Positions 1-12,261 of a DNA stretch of 64,000 nt are shown piece after piece. Numbering within the stretch: the first letter of the stretch is position 1; every line of letters begins with the position of its first letter. This stretch comes from Rhodobacterales bacterium (GTDB lineage Bacteria > Pseudomonadota > Alphaproteobacteria > Rhodobacterales > Rhodobacteraceae). Under the pieces are notes generated by a model that saw only the letters and a program-made list of their open reading frames with translations, was not told where the DNA came from and made no database searches. Both the position numbers and the translations under genes were made by a program. Where the stretch lies: contig JBBSBK010000003.1 in NCBI GenBank assembly GCA_038251315.1, positions 5,324-69,323 of the forward strand, in the 5' to 3' direction.

Positions 1-2
1 TT

Positions 3-827
3 CCGCCAGCCAAGTTCGCCGAAGTCATGGCTGACCCGGCGCAGGCGGCCCGTGTGATCGAAGGCGGGCAGCTTCAAACCGGGTATATCACGCTGAATGT
101 GACCATCCCGCCGCTGGACAACCTGCAGGTGCGCGAAGCGATTAACATGGCGATCAACAAGGACCGGATCACCCAGATCATTAACGGCCGCGCGGTGCCG
201 GCGACCCAGCCGCTGCCGCCGTCGATGCCAGGCTATACCGCCGATTATGAGGGCTATCCCTACGACCCCGAAAAGGCCAAGCAGATGCTCGCTGACGCGG
301 GTTTCCCCGACGGGTTCGACACCGAACTCTACGTTATGAACACCGACCCCAACCCGCGCATTGCTCAGGCGATGCAGCAGGATCTGGCAGCCATCGGGGT
401 GCGTGCGTCGATCCAGAGTCTCGCACAGGCCAACGTGATCGAGGCGGGCGGTGCGGGCACCGCACCGATGATCTGGTCAGGCGGCATGGCGTGGATCGCC
501 GACTTCCCCGATCCGTCAAACTTTTATGGGCCGATCCTTGGGTGTTCGGGCGCGACCGAAGGCGGCTGGAATTGGTCGAAATTCTGCGACGAAACGCTGG
601 ACGCAGAGGCGACCAAGGCCGACAGTTTCAATGACCCCAGCGATCCTGCGCGGCTGGCGATGTGGTCGGACATCTATCAGAAGGTGATGGCCGAGGCACC
701 CTGGGTGCCGGTGTTCAACGAGCAGCGTTACAGCATGAAATCGGCACGTATGGGGGGGGCAGACAACCTCTATGTCGATCCGGTATCGATCCCGGTCAAC
801 TATGACTATGTTTACGTGACGGACTGA
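3..827 (+). CDS. ABC transporter periplasmic substrate-binding protein, family 5 (peptide/nickel type), C-terminal part; 5' end lies outside the window
   Basis: Open in frame from nt 3 (ORF track 27..827). The translation reads like the C-terminal lobe of DppA/OppA-type binding proteins. The next gene of an apparent operon starts 4 nt downstream. Confidence 0.85.
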   Translation, partial: PPAKFAEVMADPAQAARVIEGGQLQTGYITLNVTIPPLDNLQVREAINMAINKDRITQIINGRAVPATQPLPPSMPGYTADYEGYPYDPEKAKQMLADAGFPDGFDTELYVMNTDPNPRIAQAMQQDLAAIGVRASIQSLAQANVIEAGGAGTAPMIWSGGMAWIADFPDPSNFYGPILGCSGATEGGWNWSKFCDETLDAEATKADSFNDPSDPARLAMWSDIYQKVMAEAPWVPVFNEQRYSMKSARMGGADNLYVDPVSIPVNYDYVYVTD

Positions 828-831
828 CGCT

Positions 832-1791
832 ATGTGCAAGGACTGCGACTATACGATCCACGGTCGGCAGCACCATTTCGGCTGGGACAATTCGCTTGCC
901 CCGGCCGAGAGGGTGGAACCGGGATCGACGATCCTTTTCCACTGCCATGACAGTTCGGCGGGCCAACTTGGCCCGTCGTCAACCGTTGCCGATGTCGTCA
1001 ATCTCGATTTTGGCAAGATCAACCCGGTTTCGGGTCCGATCTACGTCGAGGGTGCGCGCCCGGGCGACGCGCTGAAAGTAACCATTGGCGACTTCAAACC
1101 GCAGGTGCAAAACGGCAAGGGCTGGGGCTGGACGGCGAACATCCCCGGTTTCGGGCTTTTGGCGGATCAGTTTACAGATCCCGCGCTCAAGGTCTGGAGC
1201 TACGACGCCGACAGCTTTGCCCCGGCGCTGTGGGATCACGAGGCGCGGGTGCCGCTGAAACCCTTCTGCGGCACGATTGGCAATGCGCTGGCCGAGGCAG
1301 GGCTGCATTCCGTCGTTCCGCCGCGCCGTGTTGGTGGCAACCTCGATATTCGCGATCTGTCCTCGGGCACCGTGCTGTACCTTCCGGTCGAGGTGGCAGG
1401 CGGCCTGTTCAGCGTCGGTGACACCCATGCGGCGCAAGGCGACGGCGAGGTCTGCGGCACGGCGATCGAAAGCCCGATGGACGTCATTCTGACCCTCGAT
1501 CTGGTGAAGGATGCCAATCTCAAGACCCCGCGATTTACGACGCCGGGGCCAGTGACGCGGCATCTTGACAGCAAGGGCTATGAAGTCACGACCGGCATCG
1601 GGCCGGACCTGATGACAGCGGCGCGCGATGCGGTTTCGGGCATGATCGACCTGCTGACGGCAACCCGCAAGATGGCCGCGGTCGACGCCTATATGCTGGT
1701 ATCGACCTGCGGCGATCTTCGCATCTCGGAAATCGTCGACATGCCGAACTGGGTGGTCAGCTTCTACTTTCCGCGCTCCGTTTTCGAATGA
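832..1791 (+). CDS. acetamidase/formamidase family amidohydrolase
   Basis: 319 aa. The N-terminus MCKDCDYTIHG..HHFGWD and the length are typical of the FmdA/AmdA family (from memory). The stop overlaps the downstream start (ATGA at 1788). Confidence 0.85.
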   Translation: MCKDCDYTIHGRQHHFGWDNSLAPAERVEPGSTILFHCHDSSAGQLGPSSTVADVVNLDFGKINPVSGPIYVEGARPGDALKVTIGDFKPQVQNGKGWGWTANIPGFGLLADQFTDPALKVWSYDADSFAPALWDHEARVPLKPFCGTIGNALAEAGLHSVVPPRRVGGNLDIRDLSSGTVLYLPVEVAGGLFSVGDTHAAQGDGEVCGTAIESPMDVILTLDLVKDANLKTPRFTTPGPVTRHLDSKGYEVTTGIGPDLMTAARDAVSGMIDLLTATRKMAAVDAYMLVSTCGDLRISEIVDMPNWVVSFYFPRSVFE

Positions 1792-3590
1792 ACGCTACGG
1801 TCGAACCCGACGCCGGGGCGCAGTTAACCCCGGCGTCGGGACCGATTCTGTCGGTCGATAACTTATGCGTGTCGGTCAGGAGCGAGGCAGCGCTGAAACC
1901 GCTGGTCGAGGGGCTTACGTTTACCCTTCAACGCGGCGAGACGCTCGCCATCGCGGGCGAAAGCGGGTCGGGGAAGTCGATCACTGCACTCGCGATCATG
2001 GGGCTTTTGCCTCCGCCTGCCGTGCGCGTCACTGGTGGGGCAATCCATCTGGGTGATACCGATCTTCTCTCCCAACCCGAGGCACGGATGCGGGCGCTGC
2101 GGGGGGACCGGATCGCGATGATTTTTCAGGAACCGATGACTTCGCTCAACCCGGTCATGACCATCGGCGCGCAATTGACCGAAGCCATCCGCGCCCACCA
2201 ACCGGTTTCGCGCCGCGCGGCCCGCGACGCCGCCATTGCCGCGCTGAAATCTGTGCGGATATCACAACCCCAGGATCGGCTTGGGCAATATCCGCACCAG
2301 TTGTCGGGTGGAATGCGGCAGCGGGTGATGATCGCGATGGCGCTGGCGTTGAAACCCGAAGTGCTCATCGCTGATGAACCGACGACGGCGCTGGACGTGA
2401 CCGTGCAGCGTGAGGTCCTTGACCTTCTGCGTGACTTGCAGGCGGAGCTTGGCACCGCGATCATTCTCATCACCCACGACATGGGCGTGGTCGCACAGAT
2501 GGCCGACCGGGTGATCGTGATGCGCGCCGGAAAAATGGTGGAAAGCGGCAGTGTTACCGATATCTTCGCCCGGCCACAGATGCCCTACACCCGCGATCTG
2601 CTCGCCGCCGTGCCACGCCTGGGTGCCGGTGCTGCCCGCGTCGCCGCCATGCCGCAGGCCGTCCCCGAACGCCAAGGCAGCATCGCCGTCCTTGACGACG
2701 TGAGCGTCCGGTTTGACATTCGCGGCGGGCTTTTGGGCCGCGTCACCCAGCGCGTTCACGCCGTCGAGTCCGTCGGCTTTGACATCCGTGCAGGAGAAAC
2801 GTTTTCACTCGTGGGCGAAAGTGGTTGCGGCAAGTCGACGCTCGCCCGTGCCTTGGTCGGACTGGTGCCGCATGAAGGACGGATCACCATCGGCGGGCAG
2901 ATCCTTTCGGAAATGGCGACAGGCGATTTGAAGGCATTGCGGCGAAAGGTGCAAATGGTCTTTCAGGATCCGATGGCCGCGCTCGATCCGCGGATGCGTG
3001 TCGGCGAGCTGATCGGCGAACCGCTTCTCATCCACGGCCTTGGAAATGCCGAAGAACGTCGCGCCGCAGTGGGCGCGCTGATGGAGCGGGTGGGCCTGTC
3101 ACGCGACCAGATGAACCGATTTGCGCACGAGTTTTCCGGTGGCCAAAGACAGCGCATCTGCATTGCTCGCGCCCTGACGCTGAAGCCCGATCTTATCATC
3201 GCCGACGAATGCGTCTCGGCGCTGGATGTTTCCGTTCAGGCACGTGTGCTCGAGCTTCTTGACGCGCTGAAACGTGAATTTGGTATCGCCTACCTGTTCA
3301 TCAGCCACGACATGGCCGTGGTCGAGAACATCTCGGACCGGGTCGGCGTGATGTATCTTGGCCAGATTGTCGAGCTTGGAACCCGCGATCAGGTCTTCGG
3401 CGACCCGCGCCACCCCTACACACAGCGGCTGATCGGCGCAGTACCTGTTCCCGATCCGTCCCACAAACGCGCTCCATCGCCGCGACTTGTCGGCGACGTT
3501 CCCAGCCCGGTCCACCCGATCGGACACGGACCGGTTCGGGTGCGGCTGATCGATAGGGGCGGTGGCCATCTGGTCGGTCAGCATGTGTAA
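1788..3590 (+). CDS. ABC transporter ATP-binding protein, duplicated ATPase (fused DppD/DppF-like, GsiA type)
   Basis: 600 aa with two Walker A motifs (GESGSGKS, GESGCGKS) and two ABC signatures (LSGGMRQR, FSGGQRQR). Confidence 0.95.
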   Translation: MNATVEPDAGAQLTPASGPILSVDNLCVSVRSEAALKPLVEGLTFTLQRGETLAIAGESGSGKSITALAIMGLLPPPAVRVTGGAIHLGDTDLLSQPEARMRALRGDRIAMIFQEPMTSLNPVMTIGAQLTEAIRAHQPVSRRAARDAAIAALKSVRISQPQDRLGQYPHQLSGGMRQRVMIAMALALKPEVLIADEPTTALDVTVQREVLDLLRDLQAELGTAIILITHDMGVVAQMADRVIVMRAGKMVESGSVTDIFARPQMPYTRDLLAAVPRLGAGAARVAAMPQAVPERQGSIAVLDDVSVRFDIRGGLLGRVTQRVHAVESVGFDIRAGETFSLVGESGCGKSTLARALVGLVPHEGRITIGGQILSEMATGDLKALRRKVQMVFQDPMAALDPRMRVGELIGEPLLIHGLGNAEERRAAVGALMERVGLSRDQMNRFAHEFSGGQRQRICIARALTLKPDLIIADECVSALDVSVQARVLELLDALKREFGIAYLFISHDMAVVENISDRVGVMYLGQIVELGTRDQVFGDPRHPYTQRLIGAVPVPDPSHKRAPSPRLVGDVPSPVHPIGHGPVRVRLIDRGGGHLVGQHV

Positions 3591-3884
3591 GTCAATCAGG
3601 CCATGCGTCAAAGCCGGGGGAATCGACCGTCAGCACCCGGTGCATCGTCCGATCGGATAATCCGGCGCGGAGAGCCTGGTTAAACCATGCCTCACCCCCT
3701 GTTCCGCAGCGGCCAGCTTGCAAACCGCGAGTGGAGTGAACCGCGCGCGACGTAGTGGCATTGATTCGTGAACCGACCCTTGCTTTTTGAGGCGCACAGG
3801 CATCGCGAGGCTTGGAGCGGCGTCTTCGTTGCAAGAACCGAGCAAACCAGAACAAAAGCGAACTGGCGATTTCAACAAAAGATC

Positions 3885-3974
3885 TGGCGGAGAGACAGGG
3901 ATTCGAACCCTGGGAAGGCTTGCACCCTCAACGGTTTTCGAAACCGTCCCGTTCGACCACTCCGGCACCTCTCC
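3885..3974 (-). tRNA. tRNA-Ser (anticodon CGA)
   Basis: The reverse complement folds by hand into a cloverleaf. Acceptor stem GGAGAGG/TCTCTCC is followed by G and an encoded CCA. Anticodon stem ACGGT/ACCGT has loop TTCGAAA (anticodon CGA). There is a long variable arm, and a T-arm CAGGG-TTCGAAT-CCCTG. Total length 90 nt. Confidence 0.95.
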
Positions 3975-4134
3975 GACCTGGGTGGCAACGGGCGGCATTT
4001 AATCTGGCGTTCGGGCCCGCGCAACCCCAAATGCGCGGTCTAGGAGGTGGTGCGCGCGCTGACATTTGCGTCATGGGTCTTGGATTGTCCGGGGCCAGGC
4101 CATATCAAGGGGAAACCCGTTCAAAGGACATCCC

Positions 4135-4962
4135 ATGTTCAATCGTTTCGCCGTCGCCCTGACCTTTGGCCTGACAGTTGCCGCGCCGAGCCTTTCTGCG
4201 CAGACCGCGCCTGAACGGGTGTATGACGCGGTCGGAATGCCCCAGATGATCCAGATCATGAGCCAGGAGGGCATCGATTACGGCGAACAGATCGCGGCCG
4301 AGATGTTCCCCGGCATTAGCGCATCGGCATCCTGGATCGATCTGGTTGCTGCCATCTATGAACCCGGCGCCATGGCAGTGCGGGTGCAGGATGATCTTGC
4401 GACGGCCCTCGATAGGACGGACACCGACGCCATGGTCGCTTTTTTCACCTCCGAACCGGGACACAGGATCGTCGCCCTCGAAGTATCGGCGCGGCGGGCC
4501 TTTCTGGATGATGCAGTGGAACAGGCAGCCAAAGAAAGCGCCGCCATCGCGCTGAGCAACGAAACCCCGCGGTCGCGTCAGATCGCGGAATTCATCGACG
4601 TCAATGACCTGATCGAAACCAACGTCTCGGCTGCGCTGAATTCGAACTATGCTTTTTACATGGGGATGCTGGACGGTGGCGCGTTCCCCGGCGCGATGTC
4701 CGAGAGCGACGTGCTGGACAATGTCTGGGCGTCCGAAGCCGAAGTGCGCGCCAGCACGACCGAATGGATGTTTGCGTTTCTGACGCTGGCCTATCAACCG
4801 CTGTCAGACGCCGATCTGGATGCCTATATCGCTTTCACCCAAACCCCGGCGGGCAAGGATCTGAACCGGGCGATGTTCGCTGCTTTCGATGGGGTGTTCG
4901 ACGACAACAGCCATGCGCTGGGTCTGGCGGCAAGCCAGATGATGCTGCGACAGGAGCTTTAG
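4135..4962 (+). CDS. secreted/periplasmic hypothetical protein (possibly DUF2059-like)
   Basis: The ATG at 4135 gives the signal-peptide-like N-terminus MFNRFAVALTFGLTVAAPSLSAQ. High GC3. The family guess is weak. Confidence 0.7.
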   Translation: MFNRFAVALTFGLTVAAPSLSAQTAPERVYDAVGMPQMIQIMSQEGIDYGEQIAAEMFPGISASASWIDLVAAIYEPGAMAVRVQDDLATALDRTDTDAMVAFFTSEPGHRIVALEVSARRAFLDDAVEQAAKESAAIALSNETPRSRQIAEFIDVNDLIETNVSAALNSNYAFYMGMLDGGAFPGAMSESDVLDNVWASEAEVRASTTEWMFAFLTLAYQPLSDADLDAYIAFTQTPAGKDLNRAMFAAFDGVFDDNSHALGLAASQMMLRQEL

Positions 4963-5264
4963 CGCCCGTAAATCGATAGGGCTGTCACCAGCGCGCCGGG
5001 ATTGGCATCGTAGAGTCCGAGGTTGCCTTGCAGTTGCAGTGTGCGCGCGTAGCGATCCTGCTGCGGCACGCCGGCGACGTCGAAGGCGCGGGTCAACAGG
5101 GGCCCACCACCGGCATTGATCTCAGCGATCAGGGCGGGATGGTTGGACTTTACCAGAACCTCGACCGCGCCGTTGGTCGCGCCGATGGCCGGAATATCGC
5201 GCAGGTTTCCGTCGGTCGTGCATGCCGCCGACAGGGCGCAAAAGACTAGGACGAACAGGCGCAT
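4959..5264 (-). CDS. small lipoprotein, unknown function
   Basis: Only the last 101 aa of the 352-aa track ORF look real. MRLFVLVFCALSAAC carries a lipobox (LSAAC). The stop overlaps the stop of the convergent gene (4959..4962). An alternative start lies at 5279. Confidence 0.65.
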   Translation of the reverse strand: MRLFVLVFCALSAACTTDGNLRDIPAIGATNGAVEVLVKSNHPALIAEINAGGGPLLTRAFDVAGVPQQDRYARTLQLQGNLGLYDANPGALVTALSIYGR

Positions 5265-5447
5265 TTTCACCGCTGGCATGGGTTGACTTGGGTCACAGTT
5301 ACGCAGATAAGCCCGCATCCCGGCAAGGTGCTTGTCGGGTCTACAGCGATATGACGCCGATTGCGGCGCGCAGTCTACGGGTGGCCGACCGGCCGCGAAC
5401 GCCCCGCAAGGGGGACCCCAAGGCGCGGAACAAAAAAGGAAGATGCG

Positions 5448-6197
5448 ATGTTTGCGGTTTTGAAAACCGGTGGCAAGCAGTACAAGGTCGCCTCGGGCGA
5501 CGTTCTGCGGGTCGAAAAGCTGGCAGCGGATGCTGGCGACACGGTACAGTTCAACGAGATTTTGATGGTCGGCACGACGCTGGGGTTGCCACTGGTGGCA
5601 GGTGCCGCCGTGCAGGCCGAGGTGATCGACCACATCAAGGGCGAAAAGGTCATCCATTTCGTCAAGCGGCGGCGCAAGCACAGCTCGCAGCGCACCAAGG
5701 GCCACCGCCAGCAACTGACGCTGGTGCGGATCACCGACATCCTCGAATCGGGCGGCGACAAGACCAAGATCAAAGCCGCGGCCAATGGTGGCGGTTATGG
5801 CGCTGTCATCAGCGACGGGCGCTATGCCAAGAACAAGACCGATCAGGCCGAAATGGCGCGCCGGGTGAACGAGGGCGAGGCGGAGGCCAAGTCGGCCGAA
5901 ACCACGACGAAAGCCGAGCCCGCGAAAAAGGCCGCCCCCAAGACAGACTCCGCGCCGAAGGCTGAAAAGGCCAAGGCCGCGCCGACAGCGGCCAAAGGCG
6001 ACGATGACCTCAAGCAATTGAGCGGCGTCGGTCCGGCACTGGAAAAGAAACTGAACGCGGCGGGCGTCACCACGTTTGCGCAGATCGCGGCCTGGTCAAA
6101 GGCCGAAATCGCTGAGATCGACGAAAAGCTGGATTTCAAGGGTCGCATCGACCGTGAGGACTGGGTTGCCCAGGCCAAGAAACTGGCAAAAGGCTAA
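5448..6197 (+). CDS. rplU: 50S ribosomal protein L21 with long C-terminal extension
   Basis: [14 protein letters not shown]... is the canonical L21 N-terminus. An AAAGGAAG RBS sits upstream of the ATG at 5448. About 100 aa of L21 core is followed by an Ala/Lys/Pro-rich linker and a roughly 60-aa helix-hairpin-helix-like tail. Confidence 0.95.
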   Translation: MFAVLKTGGKQYKVASGDVLRVEKLAADAGDTVQFNEILMVGTTLGLPLVAGAAVQAEVIDHIKGEKVIHFVKRRRKHSSQRTKGHRQQLTLVRITDILESGGDKTKIKAAANGGGYGAVISDGRYAKNKTDQAEMARRVNEGEAEAKSAETTTKAEPAKKAAPKTDSAPKAEKAKAAPTAAKGDDDLKQLSGVGPALEKKLNAAGVTTFAQIAAWSKAEIAEIDEKLDFKGRIDREDWVAQAKKLAKG

Positions 6198-6209
6198 GGA
6201 GAGAGACCG

Positions 6210-6479
6210 ATGGCACACAAAAAAGCAGGCGGATCATCCCGCAACGGCCGCGACAGCGCGGGTCGTCGTCTGGGCGTCAAGAAATTCGGTGGCGAGGCCG
6301 TCATTCCGGGCAATATCATCATGCGTCAGCGCGGCACCAAGATGTGGCCGGGCACTGGCGTCGGCATGGGCAAGGATCACACGATTTTCGCCGTGGTCGA
6401 GGGTCAGGTGAAATTTCACAAGGGCCTCAAACAGCGCACCTTCATTTCGGTCCTGCCCGTCGCGGAGGCTGCCGAATAA
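6210..6479 (+). CDS. rpmA: 50S ribosomal protein L27
   Basis: [16 protein letters not shown]... is the canonical L27 sequence; 89 aa. Confidence 0.97.
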   Translation: MAHKKAGGSSRNGRDSAGRRLGVKKFGGEAVIPGNIIMRQRGTKMWPGTGVGMGKDHTIFAVVEGQVKFHKGLKQRTFISVLPVAEAAE

Positions 6480-6504
6480 GCCGACATCGGTTTTGCAAAA
6501 GACC

Positions 6505-6534
6505 AAGGGGATCGGCACCGCCGGTCCCTTTTTC
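6505..6534 (+). terminator. rho-independent terminator candidate after rplU-rpmA
   Basis: Hairpin GGGATCGGC/GCCGGTCCC (one G-U pair) followed by TTTTT. Confidence 0.5.
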
Positions 6535-6636
6535 ATGTTGTGGCCCCGTTTCATTTCGGGATCGGGCTTGCGTCGCAACCGATTGGTCACAATGTGAGGT
6601 TAAGAGGGGCCGTTCGCGCGGTTCGGGAGAGGAACC

Positions 6637-7188
6637 ATGAAAATCGACACGCTGACCACCCAACCGACCATTCAGGCCGAGCGTGTTGTCTTGCGCCCGC
6701 TTCGCCGCTCCGATGCCGGACTGATCGCCTTGTATGCCGCCGATGCCCGCGTTGCCAAAGGCACCCGTGGTATCCCGCATCCGCTCCCTCCCGGATTTGC
6801 CGAGGCGATGATCGCGCGGGCCACCGGGCCTGCGCACAGCGACGATATCTGGGCAATGGATGGGTCGGGCATGGGCCACGCGGATGTGTTGGGACTTGTC
6901 AGCATGACGCGGATGGACCGCAGCCAGTCGGAAGTTTACTATTGGGTCGCGCCTGCGTTCTGGAATACCGGGTTCGCGTCCGAGGCCGTGCGCGCCTTGA
7001 TCGGGGCCAACCCGCACAAGGCGCACCATATCTTTGCCGAGGTGTTTCAGGACAATCCCGGATCGGCCCGCGTGCTGACCAACTGCGGTTTCGACTATCT
7101 GGGTGATGCTGAGGCATTTTCAGTTGCCCGTAACGCCGTCGTGGCGACATGGACCTATTCGCTGAAAGCAATCCCCGCGATCTCTTGA
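6637..7188 (+). CDS. GNAT family N-acetyltransferase (RimJ/RimL-like)
   Basis: 183 aa. A motif like ERVVLRPLRRSDA is typical of RimJ-type GNATs. Its position between rpmA and obgE is conserved in Rhodobacterales (from memory). Confidence 0.85.
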   Translation: MKIDTLTTQPTIQAERVVLRPLRRSDAGLIALYAADARVAKGTRGIPHPLPPGFAEAMIARATGPAHSDDIWAMDGSGMGHADVLGLVSMTRMDRSQSEVYYWVAPAFWNTGFASEAVRALIGANPHKAHHIFAEVFQDNPGSARVLTNCGFDYLGDAEAFSVARNAVVATWTYSLKAIPAIS

Positions 7189-7231
7189 GAACCAAGGGGG
7201 AATGGCGTATCGCCTGCGCCTGAACCGCTGA

Positions 7232-10636
<3,405 letters not shown>

Positions 10637-10640
<4 letters not shown>

Positions 10641-11233
10641 AAACGCGCAACGATCCTGTCTTCGGAAATCTCAAGCGACAAAGTACGTTTGGCCCTTGCC
10701 AATATCTCCGGCAACAAGGCAAACTGGACCTGCGCCGGCGAAATGTCCGGCCGGGCGCGGGGGTTGGTCAGGCTGTCCCAAAGGGGTGCATCAATGGCGA
10801 TGCGCCGCCCCTCAGCGCTGAGTTCCCAGACAGCCCCAATGCACCGCACCTCGATGTGTCCCCCGAGTGGCATCGCGGTTTCCATGCAAAGCAGCAGCAG
10901 AAAGGCGATCCGCACCTCGGCCCGGGGCTGTTCGCCCGCCGGTTCCCATACGTAGGACAGTCGCCCGCCGCGCGCGACTGCGCCCAATGTCCCGGCAATA
11001 TCGGCACGCGACATGCCCTGTCCTTCGCCAGTGGCGCCAAATGCGACCCGGAAAAACCTGATCCGGGCGCTGGCATTTGCCACGCTTTCGGCGATCAGGG
11101 CCATTTCCGGGCTTTGCGCGATGCCGGTCAGCCCCAAAAGCTCGACCCCATTGCCGATCGCGCCCAGAGGGCTGATAAGGTCATGGCAAATGCGCGACCC
11201 GATCAGGGCGCAAAGATCGACACGGCTGTTCAT
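10637..11233 (-). CDS. chpT: histidine phosphotransferase ChpT (CtrA phosphorelay)
   Basis: [21 protein letters not shown] is the HPt-like H-box of ChpT-family proteins. I chose the ATG at 11233 (GAGGG RBS, 198 aa) because the longer track ORF would overlap the divergent DUF3553 gene. Confidence 0.8.
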
Positions 11234-11257
11234 ACGGCCCTCATAGCCGGGAAATCT

Positions 11258-11446
11258 ATGCAAGGTGTGAACGCGATCCTCGAACCGGGTATGCTCGTAC
11301 GCCATCCGGGGCAACCAGAATGGGGCGTCGGACAGGTACAATCGCACATCGGCGACAGGATCACGGCTAATTTCCGCGAGGTGGGCAAGGTCGTGCTGGA
11401 CGGGGGCAGGGTCATGCTGGAAATGGTCGCCGCGAATGAGACGTGA
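11258..11446 (+). CDS. DUF3553-like small protein
   Basis: LEPGMLVRHPGQPEWGVGQVQS..ITANF matches my memory of DUF3553 proteins. An alternative start lies at 11291. It is the C-terminal part of a longer spurious track ORF. Confidence 0.65.
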   Translation: MQGVNAILEPGMLVRHPGQPEWGVGQVQSHIGDRITANFREVGKVVLDGGRVMLEMVAANET

Positions 11447-11502
11447 TCAACCTACGGTAGCCGGGGCAGGGCAGGAGTCAATCCTGTCGCGAGAGAGACT
11501 CG

Positions 11503-12261
11503 ATGCCTGACAACCGCAGCTACGGTGTCCGGTTGGCCGCAGGGCCGGATGATCTGCGGGCGGCGCAGGCTTTGCGCTATGCGGTATTCGTGCGCGAGTT
11601 GGGCGGCGATGGGCCGCTGGTCGATCATGTCGCCGGGCTTGAGGTCGACAGGTTCGATGCCCATGCCGACCATCTGCTGCTGACTGACAAGGCCCGCGGC
11701 GACACGGTAGTCGGCGTTTACCGACTGATGCGGGCCGATCAGGCGGCGCGGGTGGGCGGTTTTTACAGCGCGGACGAATACGACATTGGGCCGCTTTTGG
11801 ACTCAAATCGCCGCCTGCTGGAACTCGGCCGATCCTGCCTGCATGCCGATCACCGGGGTGGCAGCGCGATGATGCTGCTTTGGCAGGCCCTTGCGGGCTA
11901 CGTCGCCGACCACCGGATCGACGTGCTGTTCGGCGTCGCGTCGTTCCACGGGACTGATGTGGCCGCATTGACGCCGGCGCTGTCGATCCTGCATCACCGT
12001 CATCTTGCCCCGCCTGATTTGCGGGTGCGTGCACTGGCCGACCACTTTCAGCCGATGGATCTGATCCCGATGAACCAGATCGACGCCCGCGCCGCGATGG
12101 TGCAGACGCCCGCGCTGATCAAGGCCTACCTGCGTCTGGGTGGGTTTGTCGGCGAAGGGGCCTTTGTCGATCACGCTTTCAACACCACCGATGTCTGTCT
12201 GGTCATGGACATGGACCGGATGAACGCGACACAGGCGCGACTCTATGGTGGCGCGCCGTGA
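11503..12261 (+). CDS. olsB: ornithine-acyl-ACP N-acyltransferase-like GNAT (OlsB family)
   Basis: LRAAQALRYAVFVRELGG.. is an Acetyltransf_5/OlsB-type N-terminus. Coupled (GTGA) to a PlsC-type acyltransferase. Confidence 0.8.
   Translation: MPDNRSYGVRLAAGPDDLRAAQALRYAVFVRELGGDGPLVDHVAGLEVDRFDAHADHLLLTDKARGDTVVGVYRLMRADQAARVGGFYSADEYDIGPLLDSNRRLLELGRSCLHADHRGGSAMMLLWQALAGYVADHRIDVLFGVASFHGTDVAALTPALSILHHRHLAPPDLRVRALADHFQPMDLIPMNQIDARAAMVQTPALIKAYLRLGGFVGEGAFVDHAFNTTDVCLVMDMDRMNATQARLYGGAP

Noticed and set aside
3885-3974. tRNA-Ser as the attachment site of a genomic island
   Set aside because: There is no integrase, no direct repeat of the tRNA 3' end, and no compositional shift on either side. 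The neighbours are ordinary chromosomal genes.
3592-4162. Several 70-120-aa ORFs overlapping tRNA-Ser on both strands
   Set aside because: They run through a well-folded tRNA gene, and their translations are Arg/Pro-rich with no motifs.
5860-6000. Low-complexity GCC/AAG/GCG-rich stretch that could look like a tandem repeat
   Set aside because: It is in frame within rplU and encodes the Ala/Lys/Pro-rich linker. It has no regular unit length and no spacer structure.
5265-6017. Upstream two-thirds of the 352-aa minus-strand track ORF 4959..6017
   Set aside because: This part is antisense to rplU and Gly/Arg/Leu-rich. Only the last 101 codons (lipobox-containing) look like a real gene.
11234-11347. 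Longer N-terminus for ChpT (track start 11347)
   Set aside because: It would overlap the DUF3553-like gene on the opposite strand and add a non-conserved-looking extension. The internal ATG at 11233 has a GAGGG RBS. The rejection is not absolute.
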